Origin: Psilocybe cubensis
Lineage: Eukaryota
NCBI GenBank assembly: GCA_017499595.2
Contig: CM038999.1
Location: 186,001 to 250,000, forward strand
Direction: 5' to 3'
DNA: 64,000 nt
In this document: one piece after another, positions 11,661 through 24,737 of the stretch
How positions within the stretch are numbered: the stretch's first letter is position 1
Layout: each line of letters opens with the position of its first letter
The notes under the pieces: generated by a model
What the model was told of the DNA's origin: nothing
The model's input: the letters and a program-made list of their open reading frames with translations, nothing else
Database searches by the model: none
Position numbers and translations under genes: made by a program

Positions 11661-14444
11661 TTATTCTCGAACTCGTTTCTTGGACACTCGCTTACCCGCC
11701 ACTTTGAGCCTCTCAGCCTCGTGTTTAGCTAACTCGTCAGAGGTGACTACTTTCTTTGCGACTCTATCATTCTGAGTGCTCCCAGATCCGTCTTGAAGGT
11801 TTGCTTTCCGCTTTGAAGACCCTTTGTTGACCACGTTAATTGGCGGGTTCTGCTTGCTGTTCAACTCATGCAAATGTCCAGCTGAAGTTTCAGAAAACGT
11901 GGCGTTGGATTTAGGTTGAGTTTGGGCTTTGGATGGGGTCATCGGCATTGCTGTGAGTACCCGGTTCAATATCTGAGCAGGGGATGCATGAACATTCTTT
12001 TTCTTTGCAGTATGTGCCGGCGTGATGGAATTGCTCGATTCGCCTTCAGCAATTGCTGTTATTGTGGTGCGTCCAACACTTTCTGTACCTGTTGGTACAG
12101 GCGTAGCAGGCATATTGACATGGCACCATACTAGGGGTTGTTGCGAAGGCGCACGATAGACCTCGGCGGCTTTGTCAGATGCATGATTCGAATTATTACC
12201 ATTGTTGGTATCAAAATTGGTTATTGCCATGTGAGCCCATTCATCATTTGCCGTAGAGGGAAGTTCTGAATGTGTTCCAACATGCATCTTGGCAGCATCA
12301 TTGGAAATAGGGTTTAAATTGTCGTTAGCGCCACTCCTTGCCATAGAAGGATATTCTGAAGAATCCTCCATATTGGGTCTGGCAAGACCAGCTGAATCGT
12401 TGAAATTGGACAAAGGGTAATCGCCCATCAGCATTTCGGTGAAAGAAAGCTGCTGCGTCGAATGACTACTGGTGCCATGTGTTCCAGAGCTCAAGGCCGA
12501 CAAAGGTGTGTCCATATTTTCCAGTGGTGGAAAGCTAAATGCGCCTATATCACATAGATATTGAAACATATTTTCATCCTGAATCTGTAACGGATCAATT
12601 GGTTGCCTATCAAGGCGACTAGATCCTTCGGCGTTTTGCTCGCCGTGCTCACCATGCATATTAAGGCGACTAGATCCTTCGGCGTTTTGCTCGCCGTGCT
12701 TGCCACGTATATTAAGGCAACTAGAAACCTCGGTGTTTTGCTCTTCACAACCATCAAGGTGAATATGTGGCTCGGTGTTATGCTTGCCATGGCCGTCAAG
12801 TTGAGTAGGTATCAAGACACGACTTGATGATGCCTCGTCATTGTTTTGACCACATTGATCATGATTGTTATGCCCAAGAGGTACATGGGTATTGATTTGC
12901 GTCATAGTCATCTCCTCGGTGCTTAGTGCATTGCTCGATGACACTTGCTGTTGCTTAGGTTTCTTTGTGGGCCTTTTTCTTTGTCGCTTGGCAGGTTCAG
13001 CAAGGACCTCATCGGATACACTTTCAATGTCATCGGGATAGCGGGATGGGATTATAGAGCCATTGATACGGGCCGTGGTGATACTGTGGAATCGAAACAC
13101 ATCAGCAGGTGCAAAGGTTTGTTCGCGTTCATATATGTGGTCAAAAAATGCTTTAATATCATCAATGCCGGTGTTGTGTGGGTCCTTGAATACAAATCCT
13201 GTAGGTAGATAGTTGTTATGGATGAATTTGGATTGATTTTTTATGATGTCGCCATAGGGTACTTGTTCTGTTCTGTTTCGTGTCGCTAATTCTAATCCAA
13301 ATGTAAGTAACAGTTAAAAATTCAAGTCTAATTACGCACTATAATGTCTTGATAGATACTCGCGATACAGTTTAGAAGCTTCAGTCTTGCTGAGCTTGTC
13401 TTTATTCCAAGTGGCTCCAATTATTGGAAAGCCGTCATCGCTTGTTCCCAAACTATTCTCTTGTGCCATTGTGATTTCTCTGCCTCGGGAAGTTTCGATG
13501 ACATTGCGAACATACTCAATCATGAGATGTTGTACTTCGCGGGCCTGTCTGGGGTAAGTCTCTTCGAAAGACTTTATCTTTCCAGACTTCGGAACACCCA
13601 CTAGCTCCACAATATCATTGTGTCTGAACATTAAAGTACCACCTGTAATTGAGTATATTTCTGCATAAAATCAAGGGCTTCATTAACTGACATTTCAGCC
13701 ACAACTCTACCAGTAGAGTCCTCAAAAGCCGCAAATGTGACAGATAGCATTCCCAACTCTAGCCAATGACCTTTCGCACTTGCTTTCAAACGGGTCTCAG
13801 AATGCTTTTCTGCCAGTCTATTGTGATAAATACGTGAGTTTTGATTAAGAAGATTATGAATTGTACTGACTGTTGACGGATTTCCTGAGGGTATCCTTCT
13901 TCCGACATTTTCTCTGCTCTTCCTTCTAATTCTTTCAACTCTGTTGGCGTCATTCTCTTGATGACATTACTGACTGCCAGATTACGAACAGAAAACCTCT
14001 TTTGGACATTGTTGACATCGGCAGGATCCAGTAAAACATCAATCTCAGCCTCAACAACATCCTTCATAGTACGCGCAACAACATCTGACTTTTGTACTTG
14101 GAGAATCTTAGTGGATTTGGGAACTCTTTTCTGAGACGATAGCCTCCAGCAATTTTGAGCCCACTTTAGTAAGTCCTTATTATATACTATCAGTATACAG
14201 TACAATATGTTTCGTATCATGACAAAAGGCGTACCGTTCTGGCTTTGTCTGGATCATATTTGATCCTATTATTGTCCCAGTATACTTTAAGGGCGGGAAA
14301 CATTTTGGTGTTCACAATAGTAGACCGGTCATTAGGTGTAGAGGACGTGATGTACTGTTCCTTGTATACATCTATTAATGCCCGTTCTTCTCTATTATAT
14401 GCCCGAACATTTCTGTCCGACACATTCATGGGAAGTTGCGACAT
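11661..14444 (-). CDS. KDZ-1 conserved accessory protein (helical, possibly divergent HMG-like; disordered basic tail)
   Basis: Exons in ORFs 14217-14444, 13786-14220, 13332-13631 and 11661-13100. Colinear similarity with 47275-49499: WLELGMLSVTF/WLRMGMRSITF, DGFPII/NGFPLV, TSDELAKHEA/TSDDLALQEA. Confidence 0.75.
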
Positions 14445-14636
14445 GATGGTAGCGGTTCAAAGTTACTTTAACCGCCACAGAACAAAATTTTGCAAGGTTT
14501 CTATGAAAGGAAGTTGAGCGGGTCAAGTATATGCAGGATAATTTAAATGTCGGGTTATCTGACTCAGTAGAATGTTGTCTTTTGCGATCACTTGTTGCGC
14601 TCTTTTTGACATCTAAACCATCAGTAGCATCATATT

Positions 14637-17600
14637 ATGGGCAGAAAGTCTAAAAGATCTCGGCTCGTTGAAGGAGACCTAGATGCAGCACAATATGTGA
14701 CTGTACAGAAGGTCCGCAAAGTAGACCAGGACGGAAATATTAATGTCGAGCGAATTGTCCAGCCTGTTCAGAATTGTAGAGCTGAGTACAAGCGCAAACA
14801 AACTGGAGCTAGAGATCACGACGAATGGGAATACCATGATAATGGTGTGGATGACAGCAAGACTGTAACAGAAACTCCACATAAAAAGGTTAGTATCACC
14901 ATTTCATGAGAAATGTGTTACGTGTATGCTAATATGGGGGTATAGACGCAAAAGGATTATATATTACAATTTGTACAGCGTGTAGATGAATTTTTGGGAG
15001 CATTGCTATCGAGGGAAGCTCTTCCACAGGATGAACAATTCTGTCAATCCTGCCAAATGGAATCCATTGCCGTGTGGAGGTGTAAAGACTGTAGTCTGGG
15101 ATGCACCATGTATTGGAAATGCATGCGACATGCACACATCAAGGAACCCTTTCATCGAATTGAGTTCTGGAATGGGAAAAGCTTTCGGACAGCGGAACTG
15201 TGGGAAGTCGGAGTTGCGGTAATTGTGCCTCATTACACTGGTATTAGAATGTGCAACAATCTACAGCTGCAACAGAGGTATTTGGAAGAAAATGAGCGGG
15301 TCAAGGACGATGCTGAACAGCATTCACTCCGGCAAGGAATGCCGAGGGGCAATACCACAGATGCCGACATCTCTCAAGATTGCGAGGTAAACAGCGAGCA
15401 GCACAAACCAAGGCAGCATTATGCAAGAGAAGAGGAAATCAGTCAGGAGGCTTTACAGGATCAACGGTTCTTTACATACCTAGACTCTCTGAGGAGCAAT
15501 CCAAATGCGGAACCCATAGAAGAACCTGACGACAATGCCAAGGTGGGCGATGAAGATGGCGATGAAGATGGCGAACTTGATGCACAAGGCGATGCCATTC
15601 CGACCTGGCTTAATCATCGAACTGCACAAGAAAACCGTGTACGTGTCCTACATACCAATGGAATACACCAAATATCCTTGGTGACGTGTTCGTGTAATGG
15701 AATAAATAACATTCCTTGTGACCTTATTGCTTGCCGCCTGTGGCCTACAAGTTTTATAAGAATTAGAACATTGTTTTCGGCACATCTCCTGGATAACTTT
15801 CGCCTTGCCAACCTTGAGCTGCATGCATCGGCGTACCAATTTTATCACCTCCTTCGTCGAGTGACCAGTCCAATGAATCCAGCTGGAGTAGTTGATTTGT
15901 ACAATGAATTTTGTCGTATGACACGGCTGTGGCGATGGACAAAGAAGCTTAAATGGGCAGGGTATGCTGGGCATAATGGGAAAAAGGTTTCTGAGGTTGA
16001 GAATGGCGAGCTCGCCAACTACTGCCCTGCATGTCCGCAACCTGGGGTAAACTTACCGAACAACTGGGAAGACGATCCAAATAGATTTGTTTATCGCCGT
16101 GTTCTTATGGCCGACAGAAACTTCAAGGCAGATCACGTACAACCAAAGAAGCCTTCTCAGGATGTATGGCTGTCTGAAGGAAGTGGAATGATACCCAAAC
16201 GCGAGGAGTATCACACATTTTTGAAGAACACTATTAAAAAGTTAACAGTATGTACTGCACATCCTAAGTAGCATTGAAAGTACTGAACAATTATTGTATG
16301 CAAGGAGCACCGTGTGAGAACACCTTCCGAGCAATAACAGGTGCCCTGCAGGCGTCGAAGTCCTGTGATGTAACAGGCGTAGTGGCCGTTGCATGCGCTC
16401 GGCATGGGTGTTACGCCCCAAATTCGCTGGTTGATTTGTTTAAAGGGGAGCAGCAGAAAAATGTGGATTTTGCTTTGCTTTTGGCATTGAAATCGACTGG
16501 AGTGCATCCTAAGCAGGGGTTAACATTTCTATATGATGTTATTTGCCAATTCTTTGTGTACGTTAAGCAAAGAATTGGGCACTTACTTCCTGAAGGACTT
16601 GACCTGGACCGTGCTATTGGGCTCTTTCATGTACATGCTCACAAAGACGAATGTCTTTTTCGTTTTTCGCCTTCTTTCATTCCCGGAGCCGCAAGAGTAA
16701 TTGGAGAAATCCTTGAATCCTTGTGGGAGAGAATGAATGGGATATCTCCAACTGCAAGAACGGCCACATTAGCACACCGAGCAGAAATGCTAGATGACCA
16801 CGCAACCGATTCCAATCACAAAAAGGCTCTCAACATGCCAAAAGACCTTTGCCGACGTTATGTCAAGGCTATAGAAAATCATGATGCTACCGAGAAGTAT
16901 TTCGCCGAAGTGTCACAGGTAGTCTCTTCAGACCTTATTAATCTTTGGACGCAACAAATTACACAGGCAGAGGCCCAACGACTAACCAAGCCTCAAGTGA
17001 TGGACATTTATGCCGCAAAGGGGCGAGGACAGGACAGTGACAGTCAAAATGTGGATTCTGATGTGGCAGGTTCCGAAGATCCGATAGAGGCATATATGCT
17101 GTTTGCTTTGGTTGTTGAAGAAAAGGAGTATGTATTTGATATCTATATGATGATGATCACAAAGCTAACATTGGATACAGAATTGAGATTCGCCTATCTG
17201 TTCGCCAATTGACAAGATCACCTCGGCATGCTGATCCTCACAAGATCCAAATGCTCCGAGAGAAATTGAAGCTACTCATAGGAGAGCTTGAGCGTCTTCA
17301 GGATGTTGCAGGCATCGTAGAAGAAAACTCAACTCGGCAGGAAAGTATTGTGGAAGTTCTGGATTGGGCGGATGAGTGCTCGCCTGAAGAGGTGGTAGAA
17401 GATATGCAATCAACACTTACCTCCCCATCCATAGAGCTTATCGAAGATCATAAAATATGTCTTCCATCCCACGGAAATGCGAGTCAAAGGCTTGTTCCCT
17501 ATGAACTGAAGGCACAAATTGCTCAAGCAAAATCACATCTCCATAAAATTCGCAACCTAATTGCCGAAAAATCATTTCAATACTCGGATGTCATTCGTAA

Positions 17601-18312
17601 AGCACCTAGAAAGGGAGTCAGAACTCGTTCACGAGCAAAAGTGGATGAAATGAACCACAGAATAACCTACTACAGCCAGTTGTATACAGAATGTCGGGCT
17701 CGTTTGGTTGTACTTGGTGCTGATGATTCTACTCTTCGCAAGTTCCAGGTACTGAAAAAGGAGGACATAAAAACAAGCACAGCAATACTGGATCCCAACA
17801 CACCTGGCTCTACGAGAGTCCAACTATCGTGGATTTGGCATTCCGCCAATCAGCAACGTCTTGGTCCCAACATTGTTGCCGAAGGGGGTGAATTTCGCCT
17901 CGCCAACTCTGAAGGCTCCAACATAAATCTGGATGAGACAGATCCGGAAACACTTACAGAGTGTAAGTAGTTGTCAAAATCAATATGATAAACTTAACTT
18001 ACGGTATTGTGTTGTTGACCAGTCAAGCGGGTCCACTGGCTACGTGCCAGGGCACAGTTTCAAAGGTGGAGTGAAGAGGCCACAATCCTAGACTACGAAA
18101 TGTTGTGGACCGTGAACTACTTTGTTCATAAAGCCGAGTGGTGGAGGTGCAGTGCTGAAGTTCATAGAAATGGCAAGGTTTTAGATGGCGATACAGTACA
18201 GAAAGGGCGAGTAGCATATGCCGAACGCCAAGCATCCCTTTGGGACAACCTCGCCCGCCGAGCAGATTATCTTTTCCGGATGACTAATTCAAGTTATAAA
18301 AAGCAGTTCTAA
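14637..18312 (+). CDS. CxC2-KDZ transposase (element 1), multi-exon
   Basis: CQSC..WRCKDC..HIKEPFHRIEFWNG, LHTNGIH..CSC, CPACPQPGVNLP, AD(R)NFKADH, CARHGCY, KGEQQKNVD, YDVICQ, AIGLFHVHAHKDEC, GEILESLW, DDHATDSN, and C-terminal RVHWLRARA. The DDE candidates are present, but the conserved DGNF reads DRNF. Confidence 0.92.
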
Positions 18313-18373
18313 ATATAGGATGCCGAGGACGTGGGGTAAAATTTGCAAATCCGTGGGGTTTACATTTACTACC

Positions 18374-19028
18374 ATGTCTATCCAATCGATTGATGTTTTA
18401 AGTCCCTGTGAATCTTGTTCCATGGACGATAATTCATACTATTCCAATCTGAAAGCTATAATCGACTACGGCGAATTGCGGCTGAGGAACGCTCTGTGCG
18501 AAATCCATAAGAAACCGTGGACAATTCAAACACGGCACCAGATGTTACTACGTAAAGAACTGGTTTGTATATTGCATGCATCATCCACAACCCTTAATGC
18601 AAAATGTAAAATAGGACTATTTCATGTCTTGCGTGGGTTACAGTACTGCTACAGGACATAATATTGACATTCCGTGTGTGCTGAATGCATTGGCAAAATC
18701 ATTAGGAAGGGTTTCACCGAGGGATCTGCCCGTCACATTCAGTACGGAATTCATCAATTCCTTGGTATACCAGCAATCAGCAATAGGACCTTCAAGAATG
18801 GTGGCCAGTTATAAGTATGCCTGGTGGAAAGAGTCAGAGATGGATACGAGTAACGCAACAGAGCAAATAATTGGGGATTTGACCATTCAAGAATGTCTCC
18901 AATATCATCGTGAACAGCTACGTCCATTGCTAGAACCCGGTACGCCAACCCATGTTCTAATATTACATGGTAACAACCCAACTAACGTGCCGGAATGGAT
19001 ATCCGCTGTGTCATTGGCAATAAGTTGA
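18374..19028 (+). CDS. KDZ-1 conserved downstream gene of unknown function
   Basis: Two exons (ORFs 18320 and 18624). Same position and weak similarity (VGYS/LGYC...YAWW/GYWW) to the 5' exons of 40549-42330. Confidence 0.55.
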
Positions 19029-19041
19029 TGGTCTTGTCAAA

Positions 19042-20453
19042 ATGGACTGGAGTGAGCAAACTAAAACACCAACGCGAGCAATGTCAAGCTCTCCTGATGC
19101 GGCCAATCATGAACCTACAGCCAGACCGCGATATCGTGCAAAAGATTGGTGGCCAGACATGAATAGCGATATGAGTGTTTCACCTCAGCAATCACCGTCC
19201 CCGCAAAAAGGATACCTACCTACATCACCCAATGCAAGAGACTTTGTCATGACACAGGCTATCGACTCGGAGGGTCGACCTCGACAAACACCAAATGGTA
19301 CCCAATTAGGCGAGGGGAAATTGCATGGCTCTCAGAACCGGCCGGATTATCACAATAAAATATCGTATTCTAAAGGTATGTCAATACTGCTTAGGATGTG
19401 CTCAGTAGCTCATCCGTATCCATGAACGTAGCATTGCCGTCTCGCCAAAGAATGACAGGAAAAAGAGGTTAGTTTCATTATAATTCAATCATTAGCATAT
19501 ATGAATTTAGTTACACAGTCAATGACGATCTTGGCCGCCCCATAACAAGTGCCTCGCCGTCTGAAGATAAACTTGCCACACTGTACTCTGATCTCGCCAA
19601 TCCCATATCAAATGCCTCGCCATTGGAAGACAAACTCGCCGCACTATATGTCAACCTTGGCCGTCCTGTATCAAATTCCTTGCCATCTGAAGACAAACTC
19701 GCTGAACTCTATAACGGACTCCAAGGGTACAAAAACCCTGATTCACACTCTGCAACTGAGCATCCGTCAGAGTCTCCTCAGTATCAAGATTCGTCGACAT
19801 TTAAAGATGCACTCGCTCTGATCTATTCAAACCTCTCACCTTCGATTAACAGCACCACATCACCATGTCAAGATGATCTGGCTCGACTGTACCTCAATCT
19901 TGCACCAGCCCAAGCTAACAAATCCAATCATGCCAAAACCCCCTCGCCGAACCAGTATAATTCAGTAGCGGGCTTGCAGGACACCAACAGCTCATCGCCA
20001 CACGAAGACAAACTTGAAGCACTCTACACCCGGATATCAGGGCCTTCCAATGTCTCTGAACATTGCAAAAAATCGGCATTAGGTTCACCCAGTTTGAATC
20101 GGAATGCCTCGCCGACAACCTATCGGAATGCCTTGCCAACAACTTTCACATTGCCATCGCTCCACGAAAACGCCAAACCATCAAGATCAAATCTTATAAC
20201 CGATGACCTGGCCTCTATGTACACTAATTTGGGAGTACACCCTCCGGGATCCATGTCTTCAGTGGCTGCTCGCTATGCACATTCTCCTCACTCGCCTGAA
20301 GCCAACAACATTGCTGGAAAACTGGCTGACATTTTTAGTACACTCAAGCGCTCACCACAACCATCTCGCCCTGATAACTATGACTCAATTACCATGAAAC
20401 TACCTGACAGACCGGATCCATTTTTTGATCTAACACCACTATACGAGTACTAG
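19042..20453 (+). CDS. KDZ-1 terminal gene: disordered protein with ~8 (D/E)KLAxLYxxL motifs
   Basis: Ser/Pro-rich exons; 63-bp tandem units near 19525-19720 encoding SPSEDKLATLYSDL, SPLEDKLAALYVNL and LPSEDKLAELYNGL, plus five dispersed copies. Confidence 0.6.
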
Positions 20454-20883
20454 TAGACGACACGTCTACACTACATAATCGTTTTACGTGGCCTCTATAG
20501 ATGTTACACAGGTTGAATTCATGTAAATAAAACACGCCTACGTGTATAGTCTATGCTCGCCCAAATATATTGCTCGCCCAAGTAGCATGAAGGCGACGGG
20601 GAAACCGTAACGTGACTCCGCTGAGTCAAATGATTGTGTCCGCTGAGCAAGGTCTGCAGGGGCCGTTTCCGCTGTGCGGGAACGCTGTGTCCGCTGAGTA
20701 AAGGTCTACCAGAGTGTGTACAGTACAGCGATTCCGCTGGACCTCTGCACCTACACACTGTGTAGACTGCCCCATTTGGATAAAATCCTCACCGGGCCAG
20801 CGGATCCGCCAGAACGTTATACACACCACACTGTGGGCGTCCCGTGTAAGGTACGGCACAGCACAGTGTAACAACTGACCCTG

Positions 20884-23800
20884 GATTCGTAGCGCGCGTC
20901 GGGGACAGGTAACGGATGAAGCGGGCCCGTTGGTTTTGAGGTGCGGTCTTTATTCCTCTGGCATTCCACGCAAGAAGGAATGTATGCTGACTCGAGGTCT
21001 CTGCGCATGTTGGGCCAGTAAAAAGATCCACGCAGAGCTGCGTAGCTCTTGTCAAAGCCAAAGTGGCCTAATGAGTTGTGTGCGAGGGAAAATAGTAGCT
21101 CGCGCAATTGGGTGTCGGACGGAATCACTAGGCGTCCTCCCACATACAGGAAACCGTCGGTCTCGGTGGCGCCTGGCACACTGCCAGCTGCAATGCCTTC
21201 GCGTAATTGCTTGCAGAAGTCATCGGTGTCGTATGCAGCTCTTATGCCATCGAGCAGAGAAGGGTCGGTGGCAATCTGGAGTGTAGCGCCTACCCAGAAA
21301 AGGTCATGTTCGTTGCGTGGAGAGCGTGCTGGTGATTTTGACAAGGAGGTGCGTGTATGCGCAAGCGCGCACGCTGCGAACGCCGGTGATGGTGTTTCGT
21401 CTGGCATCCTAGACAGCGCATCGGCCACTGAGTTGTCCTCCCCACGGACGTATACAATCTCGAAATCGAAGTCTGCGAGGATGTTTATCCAGCGCTTCTG
21501 TCGATTGGAGGTATCTTTTTGGTTTTCAAAGAACTCTAGAGTGCGGTGGTCTGTCCTAATCTCAAATTTGGCGCCCAGAAGGTACGTGCGCCACTTCTTC
21601 AGTGCCTTGATAATAGCAAGGAGCTCCAGCTCATGTGTGGCATGGTTCTTTTTGGCGGTGTTCAGCTGGCACGAGTCGTATGCAACCGGCCTTGCTGTCT
21701 CCCATGTCTTGCCAAAGCTGAGAACTGCGCCTGTCCGTCGCTTGCTGGCATCGGTGGTAAGATATATGTTTTTGGAGGTGTCCTCGTAGTCTATGACCGT
21801 CAAGCATTCTGCGCTGGTGACAAGCAGCTTGATGGCATCGAATGCGGTCTGGTGGGCTTCTGTCCAGCCCGGAAATTCCTTGTCATATTCTTTGGCTGTG
21901 AGCGGCGAGAGGATGGCTGTGTGTTCAGCGAGTGCCGGAAGGTAAATGGCGAGATATCTGGTGAGGCCCAGAAAACCGCGGACATTCGATGCAGTGGTGG
22001 GTGTTGGCCAGTTGATGACGCGGTCGCACTTTCGAGGGTCAGCTGTGATGCCTTCTGCGGAAATGTGGTGTCCTAGGAAGTCAACTGCGTCACTCCACAA
22101 AACTGTCTTGCTCTTGTTGCAGTACAGTCCTGCTTGTTCGAGCGCCGCAAGCACCGCTGCAATATTGCGTGCGTGCTCCTCCTCCGTCTGGGACCAAATG
22201 ATAATGTCATCGAGGTAAACATGGCAGATTTTTCCTATGAGATGTCGCAGCGCACCCGTCATGCGCCGCTGGTGTGTTGAGGGTGCATTACAGCCTCCCA
22301 TCGGCATAACAGTCCACTTGTATAGACCCCAGGGTGTGCGCACCGCTGTGAGGTGTATGTCATCTGGGTGTACGCAGGTCTGGAAAAATGAGTTTGTCAT
22401 GTCCAGTTTTGCAAAGATTTTTCCCTTCCCACAGTCCGCCAGAATGTCTTCGACGCGTGGTAATGGGAAGTTGTCTCGTATCGTGTTGGCGTTGAGCTCG
22501 CGGTAGTTGTTGACCCAGCGCGGTGGAATTGTGTGGTCGGGCACGCCATTACGCAGCTTGGAAATAATGAAAGAGGGTGAGGAATGTTTGGATGAGGAAG
22601 GTCGCAGCCTGCCGGCGGCAAGGTGTTCGTCCAAAAGCAGTTTCCAGCTGTCCTGGTGCTTCTTGGGTGTCGAATAACCTCTACCCCAAACGACCTTGTT
22701 GGTATCCTTTAACCGTATGTGGTGATAAATCTGGTCCGGTACACCTGCAATTGTGTCTGGGAGACGCAATGGGAAAAGACGGTCCCACCTTTTCTTGTCG
22801 CGTGCATCATATTCTGCAAATCTCTCGCCCCTCTCGAGGGACTCGAGCTTCTTGGTGACTGCCGCCGCTACCCCAGGCTTCAAGCGTGTGCCGTCAAGCA
22901 CTGCGGGCGGTAGGGCATCAAAATTAATGTTGGTAGGTAGAAGAAATAGACGAGGGCGTGGACAGCGGGGAGGAATAGGTGGAGGTACCACCCAATCCGG
23001 CTGCCAGACTCGCTGTGGGATGTTTGGGGATACAAGATCATAGCCAGATGACTTTTGAACAGCGGTGCGTGCCGCCGCGTCGATTACAATCTCTTCAGCA
23101 GAAAGAAATGACATTCCTAATATAATAGGTACAGGCAAGTCTTCACAGATTTTTGCAAAAATTGTTTTTGAAATCCACGCTCCATTTCCCGAAGTCAGCA
23201 CCAGCTTCGCATATTCCCTACAGACCAGAGGCTCGTCCGATAATGAACACAGATTGTCCTCCGCGCAAGGCAGAGGAAGACGAGGCAGGCCGAGCAAGGC
23301 AGCTGTTGAGCCGCTAATCACTGTGGAGGGGCAACCAATGTCAAGCAAGGCTTTGAAAGACAGAGGAAATTCGGAAATGGCAGGTCCGGTTGCCTCCACG
23401 TTTGCGTAGAGGTGTGGGACCGAGAATGTGGGATGGGGTTTGGTGGTGGAATCAGTGGGAGATGGTACGTACGTGTCTTCGTCCGCATAGTCTTCAGACA
23501 CGGCGGACATACCAACAAATGCTACAGGAACCCGCGTTTTTGCTTCACGCGCGCTCTTCTCTGCTAGCGCCATCTCTCGCGTAAGCGGTTTGTAGGTCAA
23601 CCAGTCGGGCCATGTGTTGGTCTTTGTCATTGGGCAGTCGAAGGACTTGTGGTCCACAAAGAACTTGCGGCAGCGTGTGAATCCGCTGAACTCGTGGAGG
23701 AGTGCGCGCTCCTCAGAAGTCAGCTTGGTGCTGTCCCTGTCGGAGGACTTGTTGTTGTAGGAACTCGAAGTTGACGTGGAGGTGTTGTTGGAGACTTCGC

Positions 23801-24737
23801 GGTTGTCCTTGCGGTCAGAGAGGTGGCTGAGGAGAGACTTCTTCTCCTTGCTGGCCGAGAGTTTTGCATCGAAACGCTTGTCCTCGCTGCGCAACTCCTC
23901 GTCGAGGGCATGAATAGCATCTGCCCATGTCTTATAGCTGGCATCCTCGGAAATGGGGTTGGTGTGAAGTTTGAGCGAGAGGGCGTGACGAGTGTTTGCT
24001 TCCAGGAGGTCACGGAGAGCACCCTCTGTAAAGGCATGCTTCTTGGATGAGGTCAGCAGAAGTGCATTGAGATTCTTGATCTCGATGCGCCAATCAACAA
24101 AGCGGGTGCTGTCTGGCTGCTTTGCCGAAAGAATCTGCTGTTTGATCTGATGCGCCCAGTTCTTGTCAAGGACTAATTCGGCGAGTTCTTTCACATACTC
24201 GTCAAGGGTGAGTTTGTCAATTCTGTCGGAACCGCTCTGGTACCACACCTGTAGGCGGGGCTCCAGCATGGCATCGGCAACATAACTAACAATCTCCTTG
24301 GGTTCCTTGCCTGAGTGCTTCATGAATCGTCGGCATGCGTTCGTCCAGGTGTGTAAGACCATGGGCGTGATCTTCCCCGCGGTGAGCATGGGGCAGTCCT
24401 TCAGCTTGGTCACCTTGACCTCGGCGAGCGCTGACATTTCCGAACTGGGTAAGAAGTGGCGGTGGCGGTGGCGCTTATTGATATGAGCAGTGATGGTAGC
24501 AAGGGAATCTGATTCGCTTGAGGAGCTGTCAGCTTCCCGTTTTGGTAAGAGAAAATTGATTGAGGATTGCGTGGGCGACACAACGGACTCGGATGGTGTT
24601 GGAAGCGCCGACGAATTTCCTACTGGGGACAGTGGTTGTTCTATCGACGGGATACTCTCCTGCTGCGATTCGTCGTCTGTGAAGAAACCTTCGATTTCTA
24701 GGGACGCCGGTGATTGCGGCTCGGGAGACGGTGACAA
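20884..24737 (-). pseudogene. gag-protease-RT-RNase H-integrase N-terminus of Gypsy B (single ORF, cut by KDZ-1)
   Basis: 1306-aa ORF with ALLDIG, YLDD, TDASKRRTGAVL/ELELLAI/TDHRTL/ADALSR (RNase H) and H..GH..CVEC integrase Zn finger; ends at the TSD. Confidence 0.94.

Larger units (their letters stand above)
8183..20883 (+). mobile_element. KDZ (Kyakuja-Dileera-Zisupton) DNA transposon 1, CxC2 type, 12,701 bp, multigene
   Basis: Interrupts Gypsy B integrase. 7-bp TSD GATTCGT at 8176-8182 and 20884-20890. CA...TG ends with imperfect ~57-bp TIRs sharing TTGTTACACTGT and GGGACG..ACAGTGTG. Central KDZ transposase. Confidence 0.92.
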
